Source: Dehalococcoidia bacterium
GTDB taxonomy: Bacteria > Chloroflexota > Dehalococcoidia > Dehalococcoidales > UBA3254
Assembly: GCA_025361145.1 (NCBI GenBank)
Contig: JANYAV010000010.1
Location: forward strand, 1,530-65,529
Direction: 5' to 3'
DNA length: 64,000 nucleotides
This document shows positions 1 through 9,812 of this stretch, one piece after another. A program made the position numbers and the translations under genes. How positions within the stretch are numbered: position 1 is the first letter of the stretch; each line of letters starts with the position of its first letter. Under the pieces are notes generated by a model. That model was not told the DNA's origin. It was given only the letters and a program-made list of their open reading frames with translations, and did no database searches.

Positions 1-522
1 ATCCAAGTTAGCCGTCGGCTCGTCAGCAAAGAGTATTTTAGGCTGGTTAACCAAAGACCGGGCAATGGAAGCTCTCTGTTGTTCTCCACCGGAGACCTCA
101 TTAGGATAATGGTTCATCCGATCTTGAAGCCCTACAATTTCGAGCAGTTCTATAGCTCTATTGCGGTATTGCTTGTCTTTGTGTAAACAAAGCGCAGGCA
201 GATAGACATTTTCCAGAATCGTCAATTCAGCAATCAGTGAATATTCCTGAAAGACATAACCCAGTTCCTTTAATCTGAATGCAGCGCTTTCTTCCCCGGA
301 AAGTTTTAAAACGTTTCTATCTTCGATAAAGATCTCTCCGGCGGTGGGCAAATCCAGCAATCCCAGAAGGTGCAGCAGGGTTGATTTACCGGAGCCGCTG
401 CGGCCCATGATGGCCACAAATTCTCCTTGTTGAATATCCAGGGTAATGCCCTTCAAGGCATAAGTGGCAGTCAGGCCCTGTCCATATACTTTTTGCAGGT
501 TATTGATCCTGATGATATTCAT
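1..522 (-). CDS. ABC transporter ATP-binding protein (MacB/LolD-type); C-terminal end cut by window edge
   Basis: Minus-strand ATG at 522. Walker A GRSGSGKST, signature VSGGEQQR, Walker B ILFADEPT. Starts 1 nt after the stop of the upstream permease. Confidence 0.9.
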   Translation of the reverse strand, partial: MNIIRINNLQKVYGQGLTATYALKGITLDIQQGEFVAIMGRSGSGKSTLLHLLGLLDLPTAGEIFIEDRNVLKLSGEESAAFRLKELGYVFQEYSLIAELTILENVYLPALCLHKDKQYRNRAIELLEIVGLQDRMNHYPNEVSGGEQQRASIARSLVNQPKILFADEPTANLD

Positions 523-523
523 G

Positions 524-1777
524 CTAATTACCCCAGATAGCCTTGATAATACTTTGACGGACAATGTTGACGACGGGGATGATTCCGGCCAGGACCGCGG
601 CTACCAGAATACCGCCTATAGAATTCCGGACGTTGACCGGATCGATAACCAGACTAACCAGGCCGATAGAAAGGTCGATAGGATAGCTCTTAAAATAGGG
701 CATGAGACCGTAGCCAAAAAACAAACCGCCGATAACGATTCCCAGTATGGCAAAAAGAAAAGACTGGATCAGATAAGACCCATAAATCACGCTTCTGTTG
801 ATTCCGATTGCTCTCAGGATACCGATTTGGCGTTTTTTATGAACCACATTGATGTAAATAACAATAAACATAACTATGGCAGCTACCAACAGCCCGATGC
901 TGCCGATCAGGGATCCCATGATATCAAAACTTGAGACTACGCCTCCCATAGTTTCGCCGTAGTCGCGCCAGCTTCTTACCTGGCCGTCGATGCCCAAATT
1001 TTTAATATCCGAGATTAATTGAGTCTCATCGACTCCCTTCTCAGTGCGTACCAGTAACTGGCTGGCCCGATCGGCGAAGACCGATACCTCCGTCACTGTA
1101 TTCAACACTGAAGCCATCTCATTTCGGGAAATAAAAGCGAGAGTATTAGCACTGAGACTGCGCGCCTTGAAGATGCCCTTGAGAGTATACTCACGCTGGA
1201 CACTATTGGAGAAGGTCAATCTGACTCTATCGCCTACTTTAGCACCACCCAGAGTAAGACTGGAGAGTGTAGATGCATCTTCTCCGCCGGCGATTTCAAT
1301 CCCCAATACAATTTTATCCCGGTCTCCCGTCTCTAAATAACTGCCGGCTATCAGGCTGCTATGGAGGGTGGTCACCTGGATTTCTTGCTCGGGGTCGATC
1401 CCTATCACGTTCCAGTTTCCGGTCTGGCTCTTATCCTGCGGAGAAGTTTTTTGCAGCCAGTTATATTCGAAAAAAGCCCCGGAATTGAGGTGGGCAGCAA
1501 CGCCGATTACACCTGATTGCTGCGACAATTTGTTCTCTATCTGGCTGACGTGGTTCAGATAAGTCTTGTCAGGATTGGGGCTGATAACAATATTGGCATA
1601 AACGGTGTCTATTTGCTGGCCGTTAATGGCCTCGGTTACGCCTGAGAGAAGAGAAGGGATCAGAATTAAATTGGCAAAGCTTAATGACATTACTAGGATG
1701 ATCATTGATAGTGTCCAGCGATTGCCCTTGATAATTGATTTGTAGGCTAAGAAAAATGAAAGCTTTAGATTTCCCAT
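524..1777 (-). CDS. ABC transporter permease (FtsX/MacB-type)
   Basis: 417 aa ORF with an N-terminal TM, a large periplasmic-type domain and a C-terminal FtsX-like 3-TM block. Adjacent to the ATPase. Confidence 0.85.
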   Translation of the reverse strand: MGNLKLSFFLAYKSIIKGNRWTLSMIILVMSLSFANLILIPSLLSGVTEAINGQQIDTVYANIVISPNPDKTYLNHVSQIENKLSQQSGVIGVAAHLNSGAFFEYNWLQKTSPQDKSQTGNWNVIGIDPEQEIQVTTLHSSLIAGSYLETGDRDKIVLGIEIAGGEDASTLSSLTLGGAKVGDRVRLTFSNSVQREYTLKGIFKARSLSANTLAFISRNEMASVLNTVTEVSVFADRASQLLVRTEKGVDETQLISDIKNLGIDGQVRSWRDYGETMGGVVSSFDIMGSLIGSIGLLVAAIVMFIVIYINVVHKKRQIGILRAIGINRSVIYGSYLIQSFLFAILGIVIGGLFFGYGLMPYFKSYPIDLSIGLVSLVIDPVNVRNSIGGILVAAVLAGIIPVVNIVRQSIIKAIWGN

Positions 1778-1882
1778 TATCCCAGATCCCTTTTAAATTA
1801 ACGGCGTTCAACCAAGGCCAGCGCAGCATTTTTTAGCGTATCAATTATTTTTAGCCAGGACTAAGATGGTTTGAATAGCGAT

Positions 1883-2368
1883 TTATGCCTTGCGGTATTG
1901 TTTCAATAACTGTGCCGCCTGTTTTTCCAGTTCAGGGGCAGAATTAAGCATATTCCCCAATACGTCCACAAAAGACTCCAGTTTCTCTTCATCCATCGAT
2001 TTCAGCAATATCCGGCAGCGTACAGCAGCGGAATCCCAGATTCCCAAGATAGCCTTCTGGCCCTTTTCGGATAATTTACATAAAACTACCCGTCGGTCGT
2101 CAATCTGGGTTTCCCGGGTGATGAAATCTTTTTCAACCAGCTTGTCTACCAGAACGGTGGCGGTGGGCAGGGTCACGTTTAATTCAGAAGCTATGTCAGA
2201 CATGCGCAGGGAGCCTCTAAAATAAAGCATCAGCATGATTTTCAATTGCGGTAAGGTAGCATCCAGGGTTAATAATTCTTCCGGTACCGTAGGTAAAAGC
2301 TGGCGGAAAAGCCGGTCAGCCATGCTTAAAATACTCTCAATCAGCTGGTCTTTGTTGGTGGTTTTCAA
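1883..2368 (-). CDS. MarR family transcriptional regulator
   Basis: 161 aa with a winged-helix segment (LRMSDIASELNVTLPTATVLVDKLVEKDFITRE..DRRVV). Lies upstream of the ABC exporter genes. Confidence 0.85.
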   Translation of the reverse strand: MKTTNKDQLIESILSMADRLFRQLLPTVPEELLTLDATLPQLKIMLMLYFRGSLRMSDIASELNVTLPTATVLVDKLVEKDFITRETQIDDRRVVLCKLSEKGQKAILGIWDSAAVRCRILLKSMDEEKLESFVDVLGNMLNSAPELEKQAAQLLKQYRKA

Positions 2369-2424
2369 TTAATTCTCCTCTGCTCAAACGCATAAAAATT
2401 ATCAGTTAACTAAATATTAGACGA

Positions 2425-2441
2425 TAACTAACCATTAGTTA
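2425..2441. promoter_or_regulatory. Candidate MarR operator: inverted repeat TAACTAA-cca-TTAGTTA
   Basis: Perfect 7-bp arms read directly, about 60 nt upstream of the marR start. A third related half-site, GTTAACTAA, is at 2405-2413. Confidence 0.4.
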
Positions 2442-2495
2442 CATTATAAACGATGATCAGGATATCTACAAAAGGGAGAGCGTTGGGGTAAACGT

Positions 2496-2524
2496 TTGAC
2501 CTTGCTTTACCGCTTTGTTATACT
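2496..2524 (+). promoter_or_regulatory. Sigma70-type promoter TTGACC-17-TATACT for tRNA-Pro
   Basis: Hexamers with a 17-nt spacer. The -10 ends 10 nt before the tRNA 5' end. Confidence 0.6.
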
Positions 2525-2534
2525 CGCATAGTGG

Positions 2535-2611
2535 CGGGGTGTAGCGCAGTTGGCTAGCGCGCAGCGTTTGGGACGCTGAGGTCGGAAGTTCAAATCTTCT
2601 CACCCCGACCA
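2535..2611 (+). tRNA. tRNA-Pro (anticodon TGG), CCA encoded
   Basis: Cloverleaf folded by hand: acceptor CGGGGTG/CACCCCG, D stem GCGC/GCGC, anticodon stem CAGCG/CGCTG with loop TTTGGGA, T arm GGAAG-TTCAAAT-CTTCT, then A-CCA. Confidence 0.93.
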
Positions 2612-2711
2612 ATTTAAACCTTCTTTTCTCTTCGTTTAACAGGCCCTCGCTGGCCTTGAAATCTAAAAATCCAACCGGACTATCTTTTATGTTAAAGCGA
2701 CGTTATATATT

Positions 2712-3287
2712 ATGGACGAGATAAAAATAACCGGGAATTTACCCTTATCGGATGAGGCGAACCTCGTTCAGCGAGCGCAAAAGCAGGATAATCAGGCTTT
2801 CGCTCAGCTATATGAGGCGTACTTTGACAAAATATATCGGTATATATCTTTCAGGGTCCGTAATGATATGGAAGCTGAGGATATGACCCAGCAGGTCTTT
2901 ATGAAAGTCCTGAACTCTATCTCTTCCTATAAAAGTCAGGGAGTGCCTTTTTCATCCTGGCTATACCGGATCGCCCATAATCTGGTGGTGGATTTTATGA
3001 GGCAGCAAAATAAAAAGTCTACGGTGGATATAGAAGGACTGCAATTGATTTCACCTGCCGAAGACACTCAATCCATTATCGAAAAGCAGGCTGATGTGGC
3101 TGCGGTAAAAGAGGCCAGTCGGAAGTTGACTGCTTCACAGCAGGAAGTGTTGTCCTTACGCTTTGCCGGTGAACTGTCCATCAGTGAATGTGCCAGCATC
3201 ATGGATAAGAGCGAGGGGGCCATTAAAGCCCTCCAGCATAGTGCAGTGCAGGCCTTGCGTAAAGCTCTGGTGGTGAATGTGCTATGA
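2712..3287 (+). CDS. ECF-type RNA polymerase sigma-70 family factor
   Basis: 191 aa. Region 2 (YRYISFRV..AEDMTQQVF) and region 4 HTH (LSISECASIMDKSEGAIKALQHSAVQALRK). No SD before the ATG. Confidence 0.9.
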   Translation: MDEIKITGNLPLSDEANLVQRAQKQDNQAFAQLYEAYFDKIYRYISFRVRNDMEAEDMTQQVFMKVLNSISSYKSQGVPFSSWLYRIAHNLVVDFMRQQNKKSTVDIEGLQLISPAEDTQSIIEKQADVAAVKEASRKLTASQQEVLSLRFAGELSISECASIMDKSEGAIKALQHSAVQALRKALVVNVL

Positions 3288-4363
3288 GAAAAGAAGAAAA
3301 GTTCAACAATATATTAAATGAATGTCTCGATCGAATTCTCAAAGGAGAGTCGGTCGAGCAATGTCTGCTTAGTTATCCTGAACAGGCCAGAGAACTGGAA
3401 CCTTTATTAATCACGGCCAAAACCGCTCGGTCTATATCTACCGTTCAGCCCCGTTCAGCATACAAGATTGAGGCAAAACGTCAGTTCCAGGCAGCCTTAA
3501 TACAAATGCAGGTCAAGCAAAATGAGCGCAAAGCGCAATCCAGTCGCCGTTTTCAATGGCGCTGGCAATCTGGCTGGGCCATTGCTCTGGTTGCGGTAGT
3601 TGTAGTCGTTTTAGGCGGGGGAGGCACCGTCGCAGCTGCCAGCGGCAGTATGCCTGACAGCGGCCTTTATCCGATTAAATTAGCCGCCGAGAATGTGCAA
3701 TTGGCTCTAACGATAGGGGAAGTAGCCAAGACGCAATTAAATGCCACATTTGCCGATCGCCGGGTTGAAGAAATTATCTATACCGCTGAGAAAGGTAATC
3801 CTCAGGAATCCCAGGCTGCGGTAGTTCGTTTGAATACCAATTTAATCAATATAAGCGAATTAGCTGCTGGCAAATTAAAGAACAAGTCGGAATCTGCTGG
3901 AGGGTTAGCTCCTCTGATGGCTCCGCAGTCTTCAGACTTGTCTAAAAACGCGGCGCCGCCTATAATAAATTCCGCTCTTGCCCCTTCTCCCCTGGTTACT
4001 CCTGAAATAGCGACAGGTGGTGCACCTACAGAACCGGTTACGCTTGCCTCCCCAGTTAGCGCTAGTTCTACTGCGGCTCCATCTGCATCGTTGGCGGCCC
4101 CGTCAACGGATGCAGATATCGCCGGAACTACAGCTAATAATCAGGCCACGGGACGCTGGGCAGGACCCAACTCGGTCAAGGTGTCCATAACCAAATCTGA
4201 AAAATTGGCGCAAATAATCCAGGATAATTATGCTAAACGTAAGCTAAAGCTGGAGCAAGCTCTGCATAATGCGTCTCCCAAAGCCCGTCCGGCCATTGAG
4301 CAGGCCATTGCTCAGTCCGACCTTGAATATGCTCAGGCCTTGCAGAACCTGGCGCAGAATTAA
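3284..4363 (+). CDS. Putative anti-sigma factor, single-pass membrane protein (DUF5667-like)
   Basis: Overlaps the sigma gene stop by 4 nt. One TM (WAIALVAVVVVVLGGGG), an extracytoplasmic helical domain and a Pro/Ala/Ser-rich linker. Confidence 0.7.
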   Translation: MRKEEKFNNILNECLDRILKGESVEQCLLSYPEQARELEPLLITAKTARSISTVQPRSAYKIEAKRQFQAALIQMQVKQNERKAQSSRRFQWRWQSGWAIALVAVVVVVLGGGGTVAAASGSMPDSGLYPIKLAAENVQLALTIGEVAKTQLNATFADRRVEEIIYTAEKGNPQESQAAVVRLNTNLINISELAAGKLKNKSESAGGLAPLMAPQSSDLSKNAAPPIINSALAPSPLVTPEIATGGAPTEPVTLASPVSASSTAAPSASLAAPSTDADIAGTTANNQATGRWAGPNSVKVSITKSEKLAQIIQDNYAKRKLKLEQALHNASPKARPAIEQAIAQSDLEYAQALQNLAQN

Positions 4364-4539
4364 GGCTTAAAGAAGGCCATAACTACAGTACTTTAATCAG
4401 CTCCCCCCTACCTATCGTCAAAGAGGGAGATGATAATATATAAAGCAGCCGCACTAGAAACAAAAGGCTTCTTTATAGTACTAACTTTTGCCTGACTAAT
4501 CCGTTTATATATTTAGAGACGTATTACTTGAGGAGGTAC

Positions 4540-5298
4540 ATGATGAAAAACAAGATCTTACTAGGGGTGGGTGTGGTGGTAATTTTAGTAATGGCTGTTT
4601 TAACCGGATGCAGCACTAATGGCACGGGGCAGCCTGTTACCGTTAATACAGTCAGTCAGCAAACCGGAATTTGGGTCACTGGAGAAGGCAAGGTTACCGC
4701 TACTCCCGATATCGCAACTTTAACTATCGGGGTTCAGGCGCAAAGCGACAAGGTTTCTGATGCTCAGTCTCAGGCGGCTGTGGCCATGGATAAGGTAATG
4801 ACAGCTTTAACCTCGAATGGCATTGATAAAAAGGACATACAGACCCAGAATTTCAGCATTCAGCAGGTTACCAAGTGGGATGATAAGACCCAAACTCAGA
4901 TCGTCATCGGTTACAGCGTGGCCAATACGGTGTTAGCCAAGATCAGGGCTATGGATAAAGTGGGAGTAATCGTTGACGCGTCGGTGGTTGCCGGGGGTGA
5001 TCTGATCCGGATTAACGGCATTAATTTTTCCGTGGAAGATCCTACCAAATACTATGTACAGGCAAGGGACCTGGCTATGCAGAAAGCTAAAGACAAGGCC
5101 AACCAGATCGCCAAAGACGCCGGCATAACTCTGGACAGACCCAGCTATATTTCCGAAACAAATTATATGCCAGTTCCTTATCAATCAAATTCGTATAAGG
5201 CGGATATGGCTGTAGGCGCAGCGGTCCTAACTACCTCCATTAGTCCCGGACAACTGGATATTACCGTGGATGTTCAGGTAGCCTACGGTATAAAGTAG
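4540..5298 (+). CDS. SIMPL (DUF541) domain lipoprotein
   Basis: ATG at 4540 with GAGGAGG 4 nt upstream (the track ORF starts at an upstream TTG). Lipobox LTGCS; SIMPL-like sequence throughout. Confidence 0.8.
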   Translation: MMKNKILLGVGVVVILVMAVLTGCSTNGTGQPVTVNTVSQQTGIWVTGEGKVTATPDIATLTIGVQAQSDKVSDAQSQAAVAMDKVMTALTSNGIDKKDIQTQNFSIQQVTKWDDKTQTQIVIGYSVANTVLAKIRAMDKVGVIVDASVVAGGDLIRINGINFSVEDPTKYYVQARDLAMQKAKDKANQIAKDAGITLDRPSYISETNYMPVPYQSNSYKADMAVGAAVLTTSISPGQLDITVDVQVAYGIK

Positions 5299-5329
5299 AA
5301 AATCATAAAGGTAAACCGATTATATTAAT

Positions 5330-5366
5330 GGGGAGGGAGGTTCAAGCTTCCCTCCCCTGCTTTATT
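5330..5366 (+). terminator. Intrinsic terminator
   Basis: Stem GGGGAGGGA/TCCCTCCCC followed by TGCTTTATT. Confidence 0.75.
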
Positions 5367-5474
5367 CCTTCTAAAGTACGGGCTAACTGTCAGTATTAAA
5401 GTCCTTAACAATTGCTATCCTAAGACGCTGTTCGACGTTATATAATAAGAATGAATAAGATGGAGGAAGTAAAT

Positions 5475-6344
5475 ATGAGAAATAAAATTTGGAAAATTGG
5501 TGTAGCCCTGGCCTTGGTGGCGATGCTGGTGGTCAGCCTGGCTGTGCCGGCTCTGGCAAAAGGCAACGATAAGGCCGCGAACGCAAATGCAGTCTCGAGT
5601 ATTAATATAGTCAAGGGCAAAGTCACGGCGGTCAATGCCACCGGTTCAACCTTTGAAGTTCAACCCGCCAGTGGTGATGCGGTAACGATTACGGTTGATA
5701 ATAACACCAAATACTATCAGGTCAACGCCGCTCTCGCCGATTTGCCGGCTATCAAAGAACAGTTGAAAGACAAGGTTAAAGAAATGCTGCAAAACCACCA
5801 GGATAAAGGCAATAGTGCCAATCAGCGTGGTTTAGGCAATAAGAATCCTGAAGCAACTCCGACGGTAGATGAAGCCAATGATCCTGAAGAGATGCCTGAA
5901 ATGGAAGCCGGTTTACAAGCTAATGTAGATAGCAATCAGGGCTTCTGGGGGAAAATTAGAAGCGCATTCAACCGCGGCCCTGATTTTGGTCACAAGGCGG
6001 CCTTTACTGACATCGCGGTAGGGGATGGGGTGGTAGTGAATGTTATGCCGAATGAAAATCTGGCCAAGCAGGTACTGATTGTTAAACCCTCCAATATCAA
6101 GACTGTCAAAGGCCAGATTACTGCCGTTACCGCTGATTCTTTAACAGTAACCGCGGCAGACACTACTATGGTAACTTTAAAGTGGGACGCTAATACCGAG
6201 GCAACGATCAAAGGTGCTGTTACAATCAAAGCCGGTCAATATGCCCAGGCTGTTTACAACTCTGAAACCTTAATCGCCAAGAGCATCAATGTCCGGCCTG
6301 AAGCTCCACCAACAACTACACCTACTACCGAAGCAACCAACTAA
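5475..6344 (+). CDS. Secreted protein with two DUF5666-like beta domains
   Basis: ATG at 5475 after GGAGGA. Signal peptide, then repeated VKGKVTAV.../VKGQITAV... modules. Function unknown. Confidence 0.65.
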   Translation: MRNKIWKIGVALALVAMLVVSLAVPALAKGNDKAANANAVSSINIVKGKVTAVNATGSTFEVQPASGDAVTITVDNNTKYYQVNAALADLPAIKEQLKDKVKEMLQNHQDKGNSANQRGLGNKNPEATPTVDEANDPEEMPEMEAGLQANVDSNQGFWGKIRSAFNRGPDFGHKAAFTDIAVGDGVVVNVMPNENLAKQVLIVKPSNIKTVKGQITAVTADSLTVTAADTTMVTLKWDANTEATIKGAVTIKAGQYAQAVYNSETLIAKSINVRPEAPPTTTPTTEATN

Positions 6345-6374
6345 ATTAATCTTTTTAAAAAGTCTAGCTATCAG

Positions 6375-6412
6375 AGGATGGGGCAGTGATGACTGCCCCA
6401 TCCTTATTATTT
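6375..6412 (+). terminator. Intrinsic terminator
   Basis: 12-bp stem AGGATGGGGCAG/CTGCCCCATCCT followed by TATTATTT. Confidence 0.8.
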
Positions 6413-6440
6413 AAGCCATCTTCCCTGAGTCTCCGTAAAG

Positions 6441-6469
6441 TTATCAATTCCGTGCCGTTATGTTATAAT
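6441..6469 (+). promoter_or_regulatory. Promoter TTATCA-17-TATAAT with extended -10 TGt, for argS
   Basis: Read directly. About 55 nt upstream of the argS TTG start. Confidence 0.55.
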
Positions 6470-6524
6470 TCAGGCATAAACTGGATATATTGTTTTCAAA
6501 AATTGTTATAGAAGGTGATTCAAA

Positions 6525-8216
6525 TTGGCTATTTCTGGTCAAATTGATGGAATTATCGCTGCCCGCAATAGGCTCATCGAAATGCTTATTAATGCGGCCA
6601 ACGAAGCACAGAAATCTGGGAAACTGGCCGCGGTGGCGCTGCCTGAAGTCACTCTGGAGCGGCCTCAAAATGCCGATCATGGTGACTACGCTTCCAGCTT
6701 TCCCTTAAAACTGGCCAGAACCGCCCGTGCTAATCCCATGGCTATAGCCGCCGAGCTGGTCAAGATCATGCAGCCCGGTTGTGACATCGCTGATATCGCG
6801 GTAGCTCCGCCCGGCTTCATTAATTTTACTTTAAGGACCAGCTGGTTGACCTCTCAGGTCAACTCCATTCTGGCTGCCGGTCCCAATTATGGCAACAGCG
6901 ATAAGGGCAAAGGCTCCAGTATTCAACTTGAGTTTGTCAGTGCTAATCCCACCGGCCCTCTGCATGTAGGCAATGGTCGGGGCGCCATCCTGGGCAGCGC
7001 GCTCGCGGCAGTTTTCACCGCAGCCGGTTATAGAGTGGAGCAGGAATATTACGTTAACGACGCTGGTACCCAGGTTATGACCTTTTACCGTTCGCTCTAT
7101 GCTCGCTATCAGCAAGCTCTAAATGTAGATATCAGTATGCCGGCAGATGGCTATCAGGGCGCTTATATGCTGGATTTAGCTAAAGAGATCATTTCTGAAG
7201 AAGGCGATCGTTTTCTTAAGATGCCGGAAGCCGAAGGCCTCAAAGGCATAGGCCAAATAGGTATACATAAAATGTTAGCCTGGATACGCCAGGACCTGGA
7301 AATGCTGCGGGTTAAGTTTGATGTCTGGTTCAGTGAAGAGAGTCTGTATAAGAACGGCTTGTATGAAAAGGTCTCCGGGATGCTGCGTAAGAGTGGCTAT
7401 ATGACCGAACGGGAAGGGGCCACCTGGTTTGTCTCAACCGCTCTTGGTGATGATAAAGATAATGTAGTGGTCAGGGGCGATGGTTCTCCCACTTATTTTG
7501 CTTCCGATATCGCCTATCACTATGATAAATTTGTACAGAGAAAGTTCGATAAAGTGATCGATATCTGGGGTTGCGATCATCAGGGGCATGTCTCCCGCAT
7601 GAAGGCGGTGGTGAATGCCCTGGGGGTTGATCCGAAGAGGCTGGAAGTTCTACTCTACCAATTGGTGACTCTTTGCCGAGGAACGGAAATCGTGCGTCTT
7701 TCCAAGCGCAGCGGCGATATGATCACCCTGCGGGAAGTGGTGGAGGAGGTGGGTGCCGATGCTTGCCGCTTCTTTTTTCTCTCTCGCTCGGCAGACAGCC
7801 AGATGGAATTTGATCTGGAGCTGGCTAAAAAACAGTCGCAGGACAATCCCGTTTACTATTGCCAATATGCCCACGCCCGCATCAGCAGCATCCTAAAACT
7901 GGCTAAAGATAAGAGTATAGACTATCAAAAGGGTGATGTTTCATTGCTCACTAGCGAAGCTGAGCTGGTTTTGATACGCAAATTATTGCGGCTGTCCGAG
8001 ATTATTGAGATTATTGTTGAAACTTCGGCTCCTCATCATTTGACCTATTATGCCCAGGATTTGGCCAACGGATTCCACAGCTTCTATAAGCAGTGCCGGG
8101 TAGTGACGGAAGATCAGGCCGTGACCTGCGCCAGGTTGAAACTGGTAGAGTCTACTCGCGTGGTGCTTTCACGAACATTAGAGTTGATGGGCATCACTTC
8201 ACCGGAAAAAATGTAG
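6525..8216 (+). CDS. argS: Arginine--tRNA ligase
   Basis: 563 aa. HIGH-type motif PTGPLHVGNGRG and KMSK-like RLSKRSGD. TTG start with GAAGGTGA upstream. Confidence 0.95.
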   Translation: MAISGQIDGIIAARNRLIEMLINAANEAQKSGKLAAVALPEVTLERPQNADHGDYASSFPLKLARTARANPMAIAAELVKIMQPGCDIADIAVAPPGFINFTLRTSWLTSQVNSILAAGPNYGNSDKGKGSSIQLEFVSANPTGPLHVGNGRGAILGSALAAVFTAAGYRVEQEYYVNDAGTQVMTFYRSLYARYQQALNVDISMPADGYQGAYMLDLAKEIISEEGDRFLKMPEAEGLKGIGQIGIHKMLAWIRQDLEMLRVKFDVWFSEESLYKNGLYEKVSGMLRKSGYMTEREGATWFVSTALGDDKDNVVVRGDGSPTYFASDIAYHYDKFVQRKFDKVIDIWGCDHQGHVSRMKAVVNALGVDPKRLEVLLYQLVTLCRGTEIVRLSKRSGDMITLREVVEEVGADACRFFFLSRSADSQMEFDLELAKKQSQDNPVYYCQYAHARISSILKLAKDKSIDYQKGDVSLLTSEAELVLIRKLLRLSEIIEIIVETSAPHHLTYYAQDLANGFHSFYKQCRVVTEDQAVTCARLKLVESTRVVLSRTLELMGITSPEKM

Positions 8217-8268
8217 AAAATTACTATAAGCTTTAAACTATAAACTAATAACTAACTATGGAGTCAAT

Positions 8269-9240
8269 ATGAAACGAGTTTTTTCAGGGACGCGGCCCAC
8301 TGGTAAATTACACCTGGGGAATTACCTGGGAGCGATACAGAACTACGTAAAATTACAGGATGAATATGAGTGCGTTTATTGCATAGTGGATTGGCATGCT
8401 CTAACCACTTTAACTGATACTAAAGACCTGCAGAATAATATTTTCGAGATGGCGCTGGACTGGCTGGCGGCCGGAATTGATCCTCAGAAGAGTATTGTAT
8501 TCGTCCAATCCCAGGTACCAGAAGTTACTGAGTTGCACCTGCTTTTGAGTATGGTTACACCTTTGAGCTGGTTATTGAGAGTGCCCACCTTTAAAGAGAA
8601 AGCCAAACAGAACCCTGACAATATCAATTATGGGTTGGTGGGATATCCGGTCTTACAAACAGCGGATATCGTCCTTTATAAGGCGGAGGTTGTCCCGATT
8701 GGGGAAGACCAGTTGCCTCACCTGGAACTGGCCAGGGAAATTGTTAGACGTTTTAATAGTTTGCTGGGGCCTACTTTCCCCGAGCCGATAGCTAAATTAA
8801 CCTCATTTCCCAAGGTAGTAGGCCTGGATGGCAAAGACAAGATGAGCAAGTCATTGAACAATCACCTGGAAATTTCGGCCACCCCGGAAGAGATCACGGC
8901 TAAGTTTAAAACCGCGGTGACAGATCCAGCCCGGGTTTACCGCAAAGATCCTGGCCACCCTAAGCTCTGTAATATTTACCGTTTCCAGGAATACTTCAAT
9001 CCCACCCTGGTAGCTGACATTGCCGAAAAATGCTCGACCGCTCAGATCGGCTGTGTTGACTGTAAAGCCCTGGTGTCTAGGGAAATCATCAAATACCTGG
9101 AGCCTTTCAGACAGCGCCGAGCTGAACTAGCGGCCAGACCAGATTATATTCAGGACGTGCTGGCTGACGGCGCGAAACGGGCAAGGGTAATTGCCAAAGA
9201 AACCCTGGCTGAAGCGAAGCAGAGAATGGGAATGGTTTAA
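8269..9240 (+). CDS. trpS: Tryptophan--tRNA ligase
   Basis: 323 aa. TGKLHLGNYLGA and KMSKS motifs. Confidence 0.95.
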   Translation: MKRVFSGTRPTGKLHLGNYLGAIQNYVKLQDEYECVYCIVDWHALTTLTDTKDLQNNIFEMALDWLAAGIDPQKSIVFVQSQVPEVTELHLLLSMVTPLSWLLRVPTFKEKAKQNPDNINYGLVGYPVLQTADIVLYKAEVVPIGEDQLPHLELAREIVRRFNSLLGPTFPEPIAKLTSFPKVVGLDGKDKMSKSLNNHLEISATPEEITAKFKTAVTDPARVYRKDPGHPKLCNIYRFQEYFNPTLVADIAEKCSTAQIGCVDCKALVSREIIKYLEPFRQRRAELAARPDYIQDVLADGAKRARVIAKETLAEAKQRMGMV

Positions 9241-9305
9241 CTAAGAAATCAAAAGGCAAAAGTGAATAAAAATCACTGAATACTAAGAACTATAAAATAA
9301 GACCC

Positions 9306-9343
9306 AAGAAGGCAGGTGGAATTAAGTTTCCACCTGCCTTCTT
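9306..9343. terminator. Bidirectional intrinsic terminator between trpS and the zinc-ribbon gene
   Basis: 16-bp stem AAGAAGGCAGGTGGAA/TTCCACCTGCCTTCTT with A/T runs on both sides. Confidence 0.8.
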
Positions 9344-9365
9344 TATTTCATTTTTACATAATATT

Positions 9366-9701
9366 TTATTGCTTGGTCGCGCGGCTTTTATGATAGCAGT
9401 CAATGCAATAGACCGGTCTGCCAGCGCGAGGCTCGAAGGGTACCTGGGTGTCTTTTCCGCACTCACTGCATTTAACGGCGAAGAACTGCCGAGGGGCGGA
9501 CGGTATAAAAGCCGTCGTTCTTTCCTCAACCTGTTTCTGCGGCCTTTTAGCGGCGCGAGTGACCCGGCAAGCAGGACAGCGCTTGGGTGGATGGTTGTGG
9601 CCCTTGGCCTGGAATGCCTGTTGTTCTTCCACAGAGAAAGTGTAAGGGGCTTTGCAATCGAAGCAGATTAACGATTTTTCCTTAAGCTCCAAGAAAGACA
9701 T
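9366..9701 (-). CDS. Zinc-ribbon protein with two CxxC-x(n)-CxxC modules (paralog 1)
   Basis: 111 aa: CFDC...CPAC and CSEC...CIDC. AGGAGG RBS. Promoter TTGCAA-17-TATACT at 9773-9801 on the minus strand. Confidence 0.8.
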   Translation of the reverse strand: MSFLELKEKSLICFDCKAPYTFSVEEQQAFQAKGHNHPPKRCPACRVTRAAKRPQKQVEERTTAFIPSAPRQFFAVKCSECGKDTQVPFEPRAGRPVYCIDCYHKSRATKQ

Positions 9702-9812
9702 CCTCCTGATAAAATTAGCTAGAGTTCCGCACTTTCAGCGCTGCTGAGAACGCTGGAACTTAGACTTTTTTTAGTATACAACGGAATTATGCCCTTTGCA
9801 AAATATTGCGGG

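Noticed and set aside
6413-6524. Possible T-box leaders upstream of argS (and of trpS at 8217-8268)
   Set aside because: The leaders are about 55 nt and 50 nt, which is far too short for a T-box. No specifier-loop or T-box sequence is seen.
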